From Ignavibacteriota bacterium (lineage in GTDB: Bacteria; Bacteroidota; Ignavibacteria; Palsa-1295), in the NCBI GenBank assembly GCA_963787835.1, contig CAWBEI010000003.1:160001-224000 (forward strand): a stretch of 64,000 nt of DNA, in the 5' to 3' direction. The number at the start of each line of letters is the position of its first letter. Position 1 is the first letter of the stretch. A program made the translations under genes and the position numbers. The notes under the pieces were generated by a model, which saw only the letters and a list, made by a program, of their open reading frames with translations, ran no database searches and was not told the origin of the DNA. Shown here one piece after another: positions 50,067-60,170 of this stretch.

Positions 50067-51719
50067 ATGTTCTCATCCATTGATTTCCGGCAAGTCCTGA
50101 TCCTTACACGTTACGCGCTTACCAGCGAGTGGCGCAAGTCGAGCACGCGCTCCTTCGGCCGCAAACGCAAGATGAGCCGTGCGTGGGCGTATTGGACGAT
50201 CGTTATCTATCTCCTCATCGGCGCGCTTAGTATTCGATTGTTCATCGAAAATACTTCCGGGGAAGCATTGGTCACTGCCATTGGCATCTTCATGCTTTAT
50301 GCCGGCCTTGTGATCGCGAGCAATATCTTCATGTCCTTTGGAACCGGATTTCTTTCTCCTGACGAGGCACAGATCATTTCGCTCATGCCGGTTTCGAGCG
50401 AGACGTTCTTTTTCTCACGTCTGGCAGTGCTAATATGTTACACAACCATCATTTCGCTCTTGCTTTCCATTGGACCATTCATTGGATTTGAGTTCTTTCT
50501 TCGCACAGGTTCTTTTTCGGTGTTGATGCAAAACCTGATGTTCCTCGTTGCAATGGTGCTTTCGGGTATTGCTGCTTCGATGGCAGTGATCGTGGTGTAT
50601 GGGATCTTATTAAGCCAGTTTGGAAAATCCAGAGTTTCAAAAGTGGCGGGCTATGTGCAGTTCGCGGGATCGTTCATTTCGACGATGAGCTTAATAGTTC
50701 TTTCGCAAGTTCGGCATAATATCGATCTTCACGCATTCACGTTCGATGCCCATCCCTGGATCGCTTTTTTCCCTTCGTATTGGTTTGCCTCATTAGCAAC
50801 GATTGGGAATGGAACAACCTCCGCGATCCATCTTCCACTTACTATTGCATCGTTGATTTTTCTTACAATGCTTGCAGGAGCATCCCATATTCTGCTGGGG
50901 AAAAAATACCAAGCGGAAATTGAAGAACTTACTGCTTCCGCCGCAAAATCGGCAAAGCAAAAAAAATCGGATCGCGATTCCGTGCTGTATCGCGTTGCCA
51001 CGAGCCTTGCACGTTCAGACGAAGCACGCGCCACGTTTCAGGTGCTTCGCGCGCAATTCCGTTATGATTCGAAATTTCGGATGCAGTTGCTTGCCTCGTT
51101 CGCACCCACTGTTATTTATCTCATCGTTGCCATCGTCCTCGGTGGCATTGTCGATCCATTCGGCAGTAATTGGGGAGGAATTGCAAGATCGAATTTATTC
51201 TATTTTTCTGCGATGCTCATGCCTCTCATTTCCATACAGACCATTTCACAAAGCGAAAATTATAAGTCAGCATGGATCTTTTTTTCATCTCCTATTGACC
51301 GGGCGAAACTTCTGCTCGCTGTTCGCAACGCGATCTTCGTCTCGATCCTGCTGCCCTATACCCTGGTCCTCGCCATCATTCTTTCCATTTATATGCCAGT
51401 CTTTCATGCGGTCGCTCATGCGTTAGTGCTTGCTTCTATTGGTGGACTGATCTTTCAATGCTATTTGATGCTCAATCCCAAAATGCCATTTGCGCAAGAA
51501 CGCCGACCGAACCGTGGCGGATTTGTTATGGCATCCGGCATTATTCTTCTCGCCCTGCTTGCCTTGGGGCTGCTCGGAATCACAATTTTTTATGGCTATC
51601 GTTCGCAAACGCGTTTCTGGCCGATCTTCACACTGATAATCACGCTATCGGTTTTATTGGAAAAAGCCGTTCATGTACGCGTCCGAAAAAGACTGGATCG
51701 CGAGGAATTCGATGGGTGA
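50067..51719 (+). CDS. ABC-2 type permease (two membrane modules)
   Basis: About 13-14 hydrophobic segments; cotranscribed with the ATPase. Confidence 0.85.
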   Translation: MFSSIDFRQVLILTRYALTSEWRKSSTRSFGRKRKMSRAWAYWTIVIYLLIGALSIRLFIENTSGEALVTAIGIFMLYAGLVIASNIFMSFGTGFLSPDEAQIISLMPVSSETFFFSRLAVLICYTTIISLLLSIGPFIGFEFFLRTGSFSVLMQNLMFLVAMVLSGIAASMAVIVVYGILLSQFGKSRVSKVAGYVQFAGSFISTMSLIVLSQVRHNIDLHAFTFDAHPWIAFFPSYWFASLATIGNGTTSAIHLPLTIASLIFLTMLAGASHILLGKKYQAEIEELTASAAKSAKQKKSDRDSVLYRVATSLARSDEARATFQVLRAQFRYDSKFRMQLLASFAPTVIYLIVAIVLGGIVDPFGSNWGGIARSNLFYFSAMLMPLISIQTISQSENYKSAWIFFSSPIDRAKLLLAVRNAIFVSILLPYTLVLAIILSIYMPVFHAVAHALVLASIGGLIFQCYLMLNPKMPFAQERRPNRGGFVMASGIILLALLALGLLGITIFYGYRSQTRFWPIFTLIITLSVLLEKAVHVRVRKRLDREEFDG

Positions 51720-52016
51720 GAGAAGTGTAGATGAAATTTATAACTCTTTATTTATCATGGACTTTCGAAGACCAATAGACTGAATGTATTTCTCAATCAA
51801 TATGTATTAATCACGCCTATTTATTGGGTGTAAGTGATTCACCGCCCATGACAGATTCTTCTTTAGACCCAGAAAAATTCGAACATTTCAAGCAAAAATT
51901 GCAGGTTCAGGATGATGTTGCAACGCCGTGGTAAAACTCACTAATGACCCAGTTAGTTTTTGAGGGGTTCGCTGTTTGCTTTCGTATCTTTGTGCAGTCT
52001 TTTTCATTGCGTAGCT

Positions 52017-53138
52017 GTGCGTTTTAAGATTTCCCTAACTTTTTCACTATTTCTGTTCGCTTTCTCCGGCATTGCGGGAAGATGCTTGTGCGGTGCCGAT
52101 GCTAACGCCCAGGAGCCAACTTCCGCTGCTACTGAAAGTCAGATAGTCGATTGCGGAACAGCACTTTCACGAGCCGAACACGCCTATGAACTCGGTAAAT
52201 TTCATGAGGTGCTCGATATCCTTTCTCCGTGTTTACCGGATGGATTAGCGGAAGACGATATTTGGCGCGGCTACCGCCTTCGCGCTATCGCGTACCTGAT
52301 GCTCGATAGTCCCGATAGCGCAGAGGATGCCATTCGCTATATGCTTCGAAAAAATCCGGACTATCGCGCAATTCCGGAAGTCGATCCTTACGAGTTCGTC
52401 CGGGCGCTTGCTCCTTATACTGATTACCCTCAATTCGCAATGGGAGTATTTCTCGATGGTTTAGCAACGGAGGTGCAATTGATCCAGGCAAACACTCTGA
52501 CCCAAACTGCCGCAACTTCGGGTGACTATGGCATACCGATCAAGATCAATGCCGGTGCGGAAGCATTATATTCTTTTAACCCAAAATTTTCAACGGGATT
52601 CGATATAGCCCTCCTGTATGAGGACATCGTGCGAAATCTTGATCCGATCCGTGGTGAATCCTCGCAATATACTGAGAATATTTCTTCTGTTGCTCTTCCA
52701 CTGTTTGCCCGATACCGTTTGGATACTTTGCATTTTCTTGGAACACGGATGCAGCCATTTTTCGAAGCTGGTGGATTCGGTCAATGGATCACTCCGATCG
52801 CCGCGAAGATCACGTTAACCGATCAGAGTGGCGTCACAACGCCCTTGCCGGATCCGAACCCCGGCGGGAGCAGAAAATCCTTCAATTATGGATGGACCGT
52901 AAGCGCAGGGATCGTCATTCCATTGCAAGGAGCTGAAATTATAGTCCGCGGAAGATATTGGAATGGGCTTACCGATCTAACCCAACCCTCGGCGCGCTAC
53001 TCCAACAGCCTTTTTTTACCTGCCTATTATGAGGCAGATGATATTGCGCTTCGAAATTTTGAGCTTTCGATCGGGATCAATCTGCTGTTCGGTTATCGGG
53101 AATATAAATTGGATGATCGACCATCCGGAAAACAATAA
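52017..53138 (+). CDS. TPR-like domain fused to a PorT-like outer-membrane beta-barrel
   Basis: Signal peptide; helical C..LSRAEHAYELGKF..C..YRLRAIAYL..NPDY region; barrel motifs ALPLFARY, PFFEAGG, RYWNGLTD, FELSIGI. GTG at 52017 follows TATCTTTG (51985-51992). Confidence 0.75.
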   Translation: MRFKISLTFSLFLFAFSGIAGRCLCGADANAQEPTSAATESQIVDCGTALSRAEHAYELGKFHEVLDILSPCLPDGLAEDDIWRGYRLRAIAYLMLDSPDSAEDAIRYMLRKNPDYRAIPEVDPYEFVRALAPYTDYPQFAMGVFLDGLATEVQLIQANTLTQTAATSGDYGIPIKINAGAEALYSFNPKFSTGFDIALLYEDIVRNLDPIRGESSQYTENISSVALPLFARYRLDTLHFLGTRMQPFFEAGGFGQWITPIAAKITLTDQSGVTTPLPDPNPGGSRKSFNYGWTVSAGIVIPLQGAEIIVRGRYWNGLTDLTQPSARYSNSLFLPAYYEADDIALRNFELSIGINLLFGYREYKLDDRPSGKQ

Positions 53139-54454
53139 TGGTGCGAATGAGAGTAACAGTTTTTCTTCTTACACTCGCACTGTCCGGCGTGGAGTGCAAG
53201 GCTCCGCTAAGTTCTGGTGCTACTCCGCAGAGCTACATCCGGTTGCTGGACGTCGATCCACCTGTTGCCGGGCCGAACGGCGTGGCTTCGACTCCGCTTG
53301 CAGTCATGCGGCAATCCCCGGATGGCAACATCCTTTTTCTCTATACCGCAACCGTTCCCGGCGCGGTTACGACCTCTATCGAGCTTACGGAAACGGACGC
53401 GAATGGGAATGTTCGTTGGACCAGCCATTTCCCTTCCACCACATCAAACGGCACCGATAGCTATGTGGCCGGAGATTGCATCGCCTTGTCGAATGGAACC
53501 ATTGCAGTGGCCGGTTCGCATCTTGTATCTTCCAATGGAAACGGCAGTAAATTCGAGTTGTTGTTCTTCGATGCCAATGGTAATCTCAAGCTAAATAAGG
53601 AATACGCTCCTGCGGAACCCTCTCTGCCGTTCCTTTTTGTATCTACCATCAGCCAAACCGATCCCGGGGACCTGATCCTCTGCGGCTGGGCAAAGCAATC
53701 AACCAATTCTACCGGTGGAAATAAAGAACTCATTGATCTATGGCTTTCCGGAAGCGGGGATTCTCTTGGGGTTGGTACGATCCTTCCTATCCTTGGTACC
53801 GCCGCTGATAATTATGAACTCCGGGCGATGAGCGCGCTTTCCGGTGATAGTGCCCTTGGCATTGGTTCGGATAAGCAAGGGACGGGCGGCGACGGAGTTC
53901 TCTATCTTTGGCAAGCACCCGATACGATCACCTATGCCGGTTACTTAGCAAATAATGTTAGAACCGGCACGCTTCGGAGTATCATTAGGAAAAAGGGTAC
54001 GTCCTCCTACATTATCGCCGGCGATACAAATTACTTCGCTGGCACCCCCAACACGCCGTGGATCGGACAAGTAGGCCCCCCATTTGCAGGCAATGACAAT
54101 CTTCAAATTCCCACCTGGACGCGAGGGATATTGAAAGACACCGGAACCATTACCAATATTATCCAAACTGCGGATGGCGGTCTGGCGGCAACAGGATATT
54201 CCGTTTCTGCCAGCGATACGTCGCTCACGGTGTTCCGCTTTACGATAAATGGAACGGATGTCTGGCCCTACAAAACGTATCCGTTCAATGGCGGGGACAT
54301 TCCCTACAACATCATTGAATTGCCGAATGGCGATCTCATCGTTGGCGGAGTAACCACAAGTTTCGGCAGCCGCTCTTCCGGCGTTCGGCAAATTTTTTTA
54401 ATACATCTTAAATCGGACGGAACGCCCGGCTTCGTAAATATTATAAGTTCTTGA
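53138..54454 (+). CDS. Probable lipoprotein, beta-propeller-like
   Basis: Atypical lipobox LSGVEC; repeats TDANGNVRW, FDANGNLK, IQTADGG, IELPNGD, LKSDG; overlaps the upstream stop (TAATG). Confidence 0.75.
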   Translation: MVRMRVTVFLLTLALSGVECKAPLSSGATPQSYIRLLDVDPPVAGPNGVASTPLAVMRQSPDGNILFLYTATVPGAVTTSIELTETDANGNVRWTSHFPSTTSNGTDSYVAGDCIALSNGTIAVAGSHLVSSNGNGSKFELLFFDANGNLKLNKEYAPAEPSLPFLFVSTISQTDPGDLILCGWAKQSTNSTGGNKELIDLWLSGSGDSLGVGTILPILGTAADNYELRAMSALSGDSALGIGSDKQGTGGDGVLYLWQAPDTITYAGYLANNVRTGTLRSIIRKKGTSSYIIAGDTNYFAGTPNTPWIGQVGPPFAGNDNLQIPTWTRGILKDTGTITNIIQTADGGLAATGYSVSASDTSLTVFRFTINGTDVWPYKTYPFNGGDIPYNIIELPNGDLIVGGVTTSFGSRSSGVRQIFLIHLKSDGTPGFVNIISS

Positions 54455-54582
54455 GGGGACGTGATGAGCACTTCCACACTCTATGGCATACTCTAAGCCT
54501 ATTTTTTCTGGGCAGGCAGTAAAATTGTATTATTTTTGTAATGAATTGTCTCTTCAGAATTCATTCTTTTTCGTCTTTCTTT

Positions 54583-56949
54583 ATGTATTCTTCAAAGCAG
54601 CGTTCGTTAATTGTATTTCTCTGTACAGCATTTTTGCTTGGGATGCCGTTTTTAGGGCGGGCCCAGCAGATAACTCGCGTACACCCATCCAATATCGCGA
54701 TTCGCGGCATTGGCATGGGAAGTACGGCCACAGCGATCGCCGTCGGCGATTCCGCGTATGTCATCTATACCGGCTACGCCGACACGTTCAATCCATGGGA
54801 GCAGAGAAATACCGGTTACCCGACTTCGGTCACGTTCGATGCCGTCGCCTTTGCCGGAGACACGATGAATGCCGTGATCGCCGGCACGCAAGGTGCACTC
54901 GCCTGGACGAGCGATACCGGGGCGACCTGGCATCATGTGTCCGTCGGCACGACGGGAACCATCCGCGCCCTCGCCTATTCTTATAATAATGGTGGCATCG
55001 CGCAAGTCTATAATACCACCGGCGCCATGATCGGCGTGGGAGATGGCGGGCTTATCATCCGCTCGACCGATCAGGGGCACACATGGAGCACGATCACGTC
55101 CGGGACAACCGAGCAGCTCAATGCCATCAGCTTCGGATCGCCGAGCGAGGCCATTGCGGTCGGTAACGATACCACGATCCTGCAAAGCCACGATTCGGGC
55201 AAAACCTGGACGCCAATGAAGTTCCCGTACGACCTTCGTACCGCGTTCGGCGGCATCTACAACAACGTGGTCAAGAAAATAAACTTCACAGCAGTGGTCA
55301 TGGGACTGAACGATAGTATCTGGGTTGCGCTGGAAGGCCCCTCCCCCATACCTCCACTCCTGATCGATAATGGGGCTGCCAAGCAGGATCTGGTCTGTAG
55401 GGTTGTTACTGGCTACGCCAATCCACCCGCCTCATTGAATTACTCCATTACATCGCTCGCATACGTGAATATTCCGGGCTATATGAACGTCGCAGCGTTT
55501 ACCTCGAGCGATGTGATTCTTGTCGATACCGGAGGACAGGGGTGGTATGTGCTCGATTGGTATCAGTTTGGAGGCGATGCCGACGGTGGCGTTGCTCCCG
55601 CTGCGATTCACACACGCGGGGTTGGATACTGGATAACCGAAACCTATTTTAATTTTATGATGGGCGGAGATGATCTCATGATCTATCCCTTTGTCCAATT
55701 TGGGCCTCGAAATGATATCTATCCTTTCGCCCCCTTCTTCTATGGCTTATGGCTTCCCGGACGAGGAGATAACTACATGTGCTATCTTGACCTCGATATT
55801 TCGCAGAGTGGACTTGGATACTCATGTGGGTTAGGTCTGGAAGAACGGGAGACCACCGATGGTGGCTTTACGTGGTCTGATTATCTCCCGAGTTACGATA
55901 CCAGCCTCAACACGAATTCATACTCCTTCGATTGCGTGCATACGCTAAACAATGGCAATGCCATTTTCACTGGCTGGGATGGACTGATCTTCTACTATGA
56001 TCCGCTCGATACGCCAAAATGCCAGATCGTACCAACTGGAACGCAGGAACGATTGGAAGGCATTACATTCCCAACGTCGGATACTGCCTTCAATGTTGGG
56101 GATTTTGGGTCGGTCTTTAGAACTACGGATGAGGGCTTGACGTGGAACCCGATCAACACTCCAACCTCCGAGTATTTGTATTCGGTAGCGTTTGCAAATA
56201 ACGAGATCGGTGTTGCAGCGGGCAATGATGGAGAGATCATCCGGACAACGGATAATGGAAACACCTGGGCGGAAGTAAATAGCATCCTGACCGGTACCTC
56301 CATTGACATCCGAGGCTTGCAAGGGTTCCCCGATGGAACGTTCCTCGCCCGGGCCGGCAACGAGCTCCTTCGCTCGACCGACTTTGGGCAGAACTGGCTT
56401 TCCATCCTGCCATCCAGCATGAGCGACACCGACGGCATGAGCTTCTATTCTCCGCAGATCGGCATTATTGCCGAGCAACCCACCTCCAGCGCGAATTGCC
56501 CCGATACTGCGCACCTGGCTTATACAAGGGATGGAGGCGCAACATGGACCCAATTTGCAGTCCCGATCATCAATTACTACCGCATCCTGTTTCACTGGGT
56601 GAACGACCATGAGGTGCTTATCTATGGATGCTTAGGCATCATCGATGACATCGTTCTTTCAACCAATGGTGTGCAGGTTGCGCGCGTGGATGATAGTTCT
56701 GCGATACAAGTATATCCGAATCCCTCGAATGGCAGTGTGCAGGTTAGCTACACTGCAAAAACGAATGGGCCGGTTTCCATCGGTCTCTATGATGAGACTG
56801 GACGCTTATTGATGCAGATGTTCAATGGGCAGGAGATCGTTGGCGATCATGTCCACTCGTTCGATCTATCGAAAATAACGCAAGGATCCTATTACATCAG
56901 GCTCACGCATGAAGGGAAGACCTCCACTTCGCCCGTGAGCGTGGAGTGA
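54583..56949 (+). CDS. YCF48/BNR beta-propeller protein with T9SS CTD
   Basis: Repeated VGDxG..STDxGxTW; CTD VYPNPS..LYDETGR..GSYYIRL; TATTTTTG at 54531-54538 favours the 54583 start. Confidence 0.85.
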   Translation: MYSSKQRSLIVFLCTAFLLGMPFLGRAQQITRVHPSNIAIRGIGMGSTATAIAVGDSAYVIYTGYADTFNPWEQRNTGYPTSVTFDAVAFAGDTMNAVIAGTQGALAWTSDTGATWHHVSVGTTGTIRALAYSYNNGGIAQVYNTTGAMIGVGDGGLIIRSTDQGHTWSTITSGTTEQLNAISFGSPSEAIAVGNDTTILQSHDSGKTWTPMKFPYDLRTAFGGIYNNVVKKINFTAVVMGLNDSIWVALEGPSPIPPLLIDNGAAKQDLVCRVVTGYANPPASLNYSITSLAYVNIPGYMNVAAFTSSDVILVDTGGQGWYVLDWYQFGGDADGGVAPAAIHTRGVGYWITETYFNFMMGGDDLMIYPFVQFGPRNDIYPFAPFFYGLWLPGRGDNYMCYLDLDISQSGLGYSCGLGLEERETTDGGFTWSDYLPSYDTSLNTNSYSFDCVHTLNNGNAIFTGWDGLIFYYDPLDTPKCQIVPTGTQERLEGITFPTSDTAFNVGDFGSVFRTTDEGLTWNPINTPTSEYLYSVAFANNEIGVAAGNDGEIIRTTDNGNTWAEVNSILTGTSIDIRGLQGFPDGTFLARAGNELLRSTDFGQNWLSILPSSMSDTDGMSFYSPQIGIIAEQPTSSANCPDTAHLAYTRDGGATWTQFAVPIINYYRILFHWVNDHEVLIYGCLGIIDDIVLSTNGVQVARVDDSSAIQVYPNPSNGSVQVSYTAKTNGPVSIGLYDETGRLLMQMFNGQEIVGDHVHSFDLSKITQGSYYIRLTHEGKTSTSPVSVE

Positions 56950-56974
56950 TCGTGATAAGCATCGTCGATGCTGC

Positions 56975-58117
56975 TTATTTCGCCCCGATCACTTCGTAGA
57001 TCTTGATCGGCTCTGCTTTGCCGCGAATGGGCATAGGCCCCAGTTCCCGTGCATTGATAATGTCAGATGCCGAATGATAGGTGTTTTCGCTGATAAGAAT
57101 CGCGTCCGGATGTCCCTTCGTCAGCGCCTCGATCCGTGAGGCTACGTTGACGGTATCGCCAATGGCGGTGTAATCCATCCGGTCTTCCGAGCCAATATTC
57201 CCAACAATGACCTCTCCGGAGTTGATACCGATCCCGATCTGAAGATCGCGGCCAATAACGGCGCGGTTGCGGTCATTAAAATGCTTCAATCCATCGCGAA
57301 TGGCCAGTGCAGCCATGACCGCATTTTCTCCGTTGCCAATATAGGAGACCGGCGCGCCGAAGAGCGCCAGCATTCCATCTCCAATAAATTTATTAACCGT
57401 CCCGTCATGCCGCTTGATGCAACCGGTGAGAAAGGAAAAGAAATCGTTAAGCAGATCGATGACCTTGGTCGGTTCAAGCTGCTCGGCAAGCTCGGTGAAA
57501 TCACGAATATCGGCGAACATCACGCTAACGATGCGGGTCTCAGCTTCCAGAAGCGGCATATCCTCAGTGCGGGACATAAGCTCTTCGAGCACGCGTTCGG
57601 GGATATATTTTTGGAAGAGTTTTACCAATCGTTCCTGATCGAGAACTTTCTGCTGCAACTCAGAGACGAGCCTGCGATTTTTGGCTTGCACCGCATAGTA
57701 TTCCAACGCAGCCTCCAGCGTCATTTTCAATTCTGCCTCATTCCACGGTTTTGTAATGTACCGATAGACACGGCCAGAGTTGATCGCTTTGATGATCGCA
57801 TCAATATCGCTGAAGCCCGTCAGGATCATACGCACGGCATCGGGGCATTCCGGGATGACCGCTTCTAAGAATTGTACGCCCGTCATCTCCGGCATCCGCT
57901 GATCGGTAACGATGAGGTGAATGGGAACTTCACGTATAATTCTCAGCCCCTCGCGGGCACTGATCGCAGTGTGAATCGTAAAATTCCTGCGGAATGCCGC
58001 GCGAAACGAAGTGAGGTTTTGCTCCTCGTCGTCCACATACAGAATGTTGTAGGGTGCACCGTTCTCTCGGTTCATGGTTTCGAATTGGGATTTTGCAGAG
58101 AAGTTTGTTTCTGGCAT
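56975..58117 (-). CDS. Response regulator-class III adenylate cyclase fusion
   Basis: REC: VDDE, TDQRMP, ITKPW. Cyclase: FADIRDFT, NKFIGDG, YTAIGDTVNVASRIE. Confidence 0.93.
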   Translation of the reverse strand: MPETNFSAKSQFETMNRENGAPYNILYVDDEEQNLTSFRAAFRRNFTIHTAISAREGLRIIREVPIHLIVTDQRMPEMTGVQFLEAVIPECPDAVRMILTGFSDIDAIIKAINSGRVYRYITKPWNEAELKMTLEAALEYYAVQAKNRRLVSELQQKVLDQERLVKLFQKYIPERVLEELMSRTEDMPLLEAETRIVSVMFADIRDFTELAEQLEPTKVIDLLNDFFSFLTGCIKRHDGTVNKFIGDGMLALFGAPVSYIGNGENAVMAALAIRDGLKHFNDRNRAVIGRDLQIGIGINSGEVIVGNIGSEDRMDYTAIGDTVNVASRIEALTKGHPDAILISENTYHSASDIINARELGPMPIRGKAEPIKIYEVIGAK

Positions 58118-58155
58118 AAAAAATGTATTCGAACGAGCTTTTATAGGATTTAGGA

Positions 58156-59905
58156 TTAACTATTCAATTTCTGTTCGATGGGAAGCGTGATAATAAATTC
58201 GGTTCCATGACCAAATTCACTTTCCACTTCAATGGTACCACCATGTTTTTCGATAATGCCATAGGAAATGGAAAGACCCAGGCCCGTGCCCACACCGACA
58301 TCTTTCGTCGTAAAGAAGGGATCGAAAACTTGTTTACGAACTTCCTCTGGCATTCCCGTTCCACTATCCTTGAATCGAATTTCCACGGAATGGCTATCTT
58401 TTTTTCTGGTCCGGATCCAGATCTTTCCATTTCCGTCGCCTGACTTATTCTCTACAATGGCTTGGATCGCATTGGAAAGAATATTCATAAAGACTTGATT
58501 GAGCTGCCCTGCGAAACACTCTATCTCTGGAATATCTCCATAGTTCTTAATGATCTCCACATGGTCTTTGTATTTATTATGCAGCAATGTCAGCGTGGAA
58601 TCGATCCCCTGGTGAAGATCCGCAAGTTTGATCACCTGTTCGTCCGTTCTGGAGAAGTTCCGAAGTCCTTGCACGATCTCAGCAGTACGGTGGGCCCCTT
58701 CTTCGATGCCATCGAGCAGCGCAGTGATCTCTTTAACCGTGTATTCGAGATCGATGCCGATCTCTCGTTGCTTCAAGTTAGCAAGCGCAGCAGGAATGTC
58801 CTTCGTGGTCTGGAGTGCTCGATAAGCATCGAGGATATCATGGACTTCCCTCAGATTCCGCCGTAGCGGATTGACATTAGCAGAGACAAAGTTGATCGGA
58901 TTATTGATCTCGTGAGCAATGCCGGCGGTGAGCAAACCGAGTGAGGACATCTTCTCTGCCTGCACGAGTTGCCGTTGCGCTGTTTTGAGGTCGCTGAGTG
59001 CTCGATCGAGCTTTTGATAGGACTCCGCGTTATCGAGCGCAACCGCAATGTAAAGGGCAAGAGACTTCAACATATCGAGATGATAGGCCGAGAATGCCCC
59101 TTTGCGATAACTCCCGACGGCCATGACGCCGATCACGGTTCCCTTGGTGAACATTGGGATCGAGATGAGCGAGCGAATGCGTTCTGTTCCGGTTCTTAGT
59201 GGTGCAAGTTCCTGGACGTATCGGGCATAATTCGTTTCTACATCCTCTAAAAATACTTCCCTTCCATGCACCGCCGTCCAGGCTCCAAAGCTGCTGGGCG
59301 AATCGAGCGGAACGTTATACTGCTCGTTCTCGCCTCTGAGGTCGATCGAGAGGATCACATGAAGTTGCTGCGAAGAAGCATCGATCGTCGCCAGTTCGAA
59401 GGATGCTGCGTCCATCATCGTATTGAGCGTCCCAAAGGCGGTGCTTGCGATATCCCGCAAGTGAAGCGAAGCAATGATCTTCTGGCCCAACTCACTTACC
59501 ACGAGAAGATTATCATACGAAAGGCGGAGTTCGTCCGCAATAGATTTCTCCGTGGCGGCTGAAGCTTCGATGGCTTTAAAAGCGATCCTCACTTTCCTGC
59601 GCCTCGCGAAGTTTCCGAACAAGGTTATTGATGTTCGAGGCGATCTCTCCGAACTCCCCCTCTTTATTCATTACAACCAACCGTGCAAGGTCACCATTGT
59701 TCAGGGGACGAGTTTGTTCCGCTAAGTCGGAAACCGGATGAACAAGCTTAGCCCATAGCTGCGAAGCGGTCACATACAGAATGAATGCTGTTGGAATAGC
59801 AGCAATTGCAACCTGAATCCAACTCGCGGAAAACAGAAGCAAGGCGCTTATCACGATCGCCGTAATGAGCGCCGGAATAAGAATAAAAAAAGCCTTTAAT
59901 TTCAT
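58156..59905 (-). CDS. Membrane sensor histidine kinase (2TM-HAMP-GAF-HisKA-HATPase); frameshift at ~59578-59581
   Basis: TM plus HAMP ([13 protein letters not shown]) ORF ends EDRF-stop; deleting one base of the A4 run gives EDRFKAIEAS into GAF, AHEINNP, NAIQA, DSGTG, GTGLGL. Confidence 0.9.
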
Positions 59906-60170
59906 CGGGTTCGTAAAGAAGCGTGCCCAGACAGAGGGTTGGGATTATCACACGGCTTCACCGGTACGTGTACGAAACAAAGGCGGAACTTCATCTTTAT
60001 GACAATTTAAGTACATAACAATTCAAGAATACTAATATACGAAGATTTTCAGCACCAAGACGAGATTTCATCCAAATGCCAAAATATTGTTGTATATTGC
60101 AATATTATTTTGGGTCTTGGACGTTCACCACGCCCTGGATCGAATGGTTGCGGTTCCTAACCCCTGAAAA

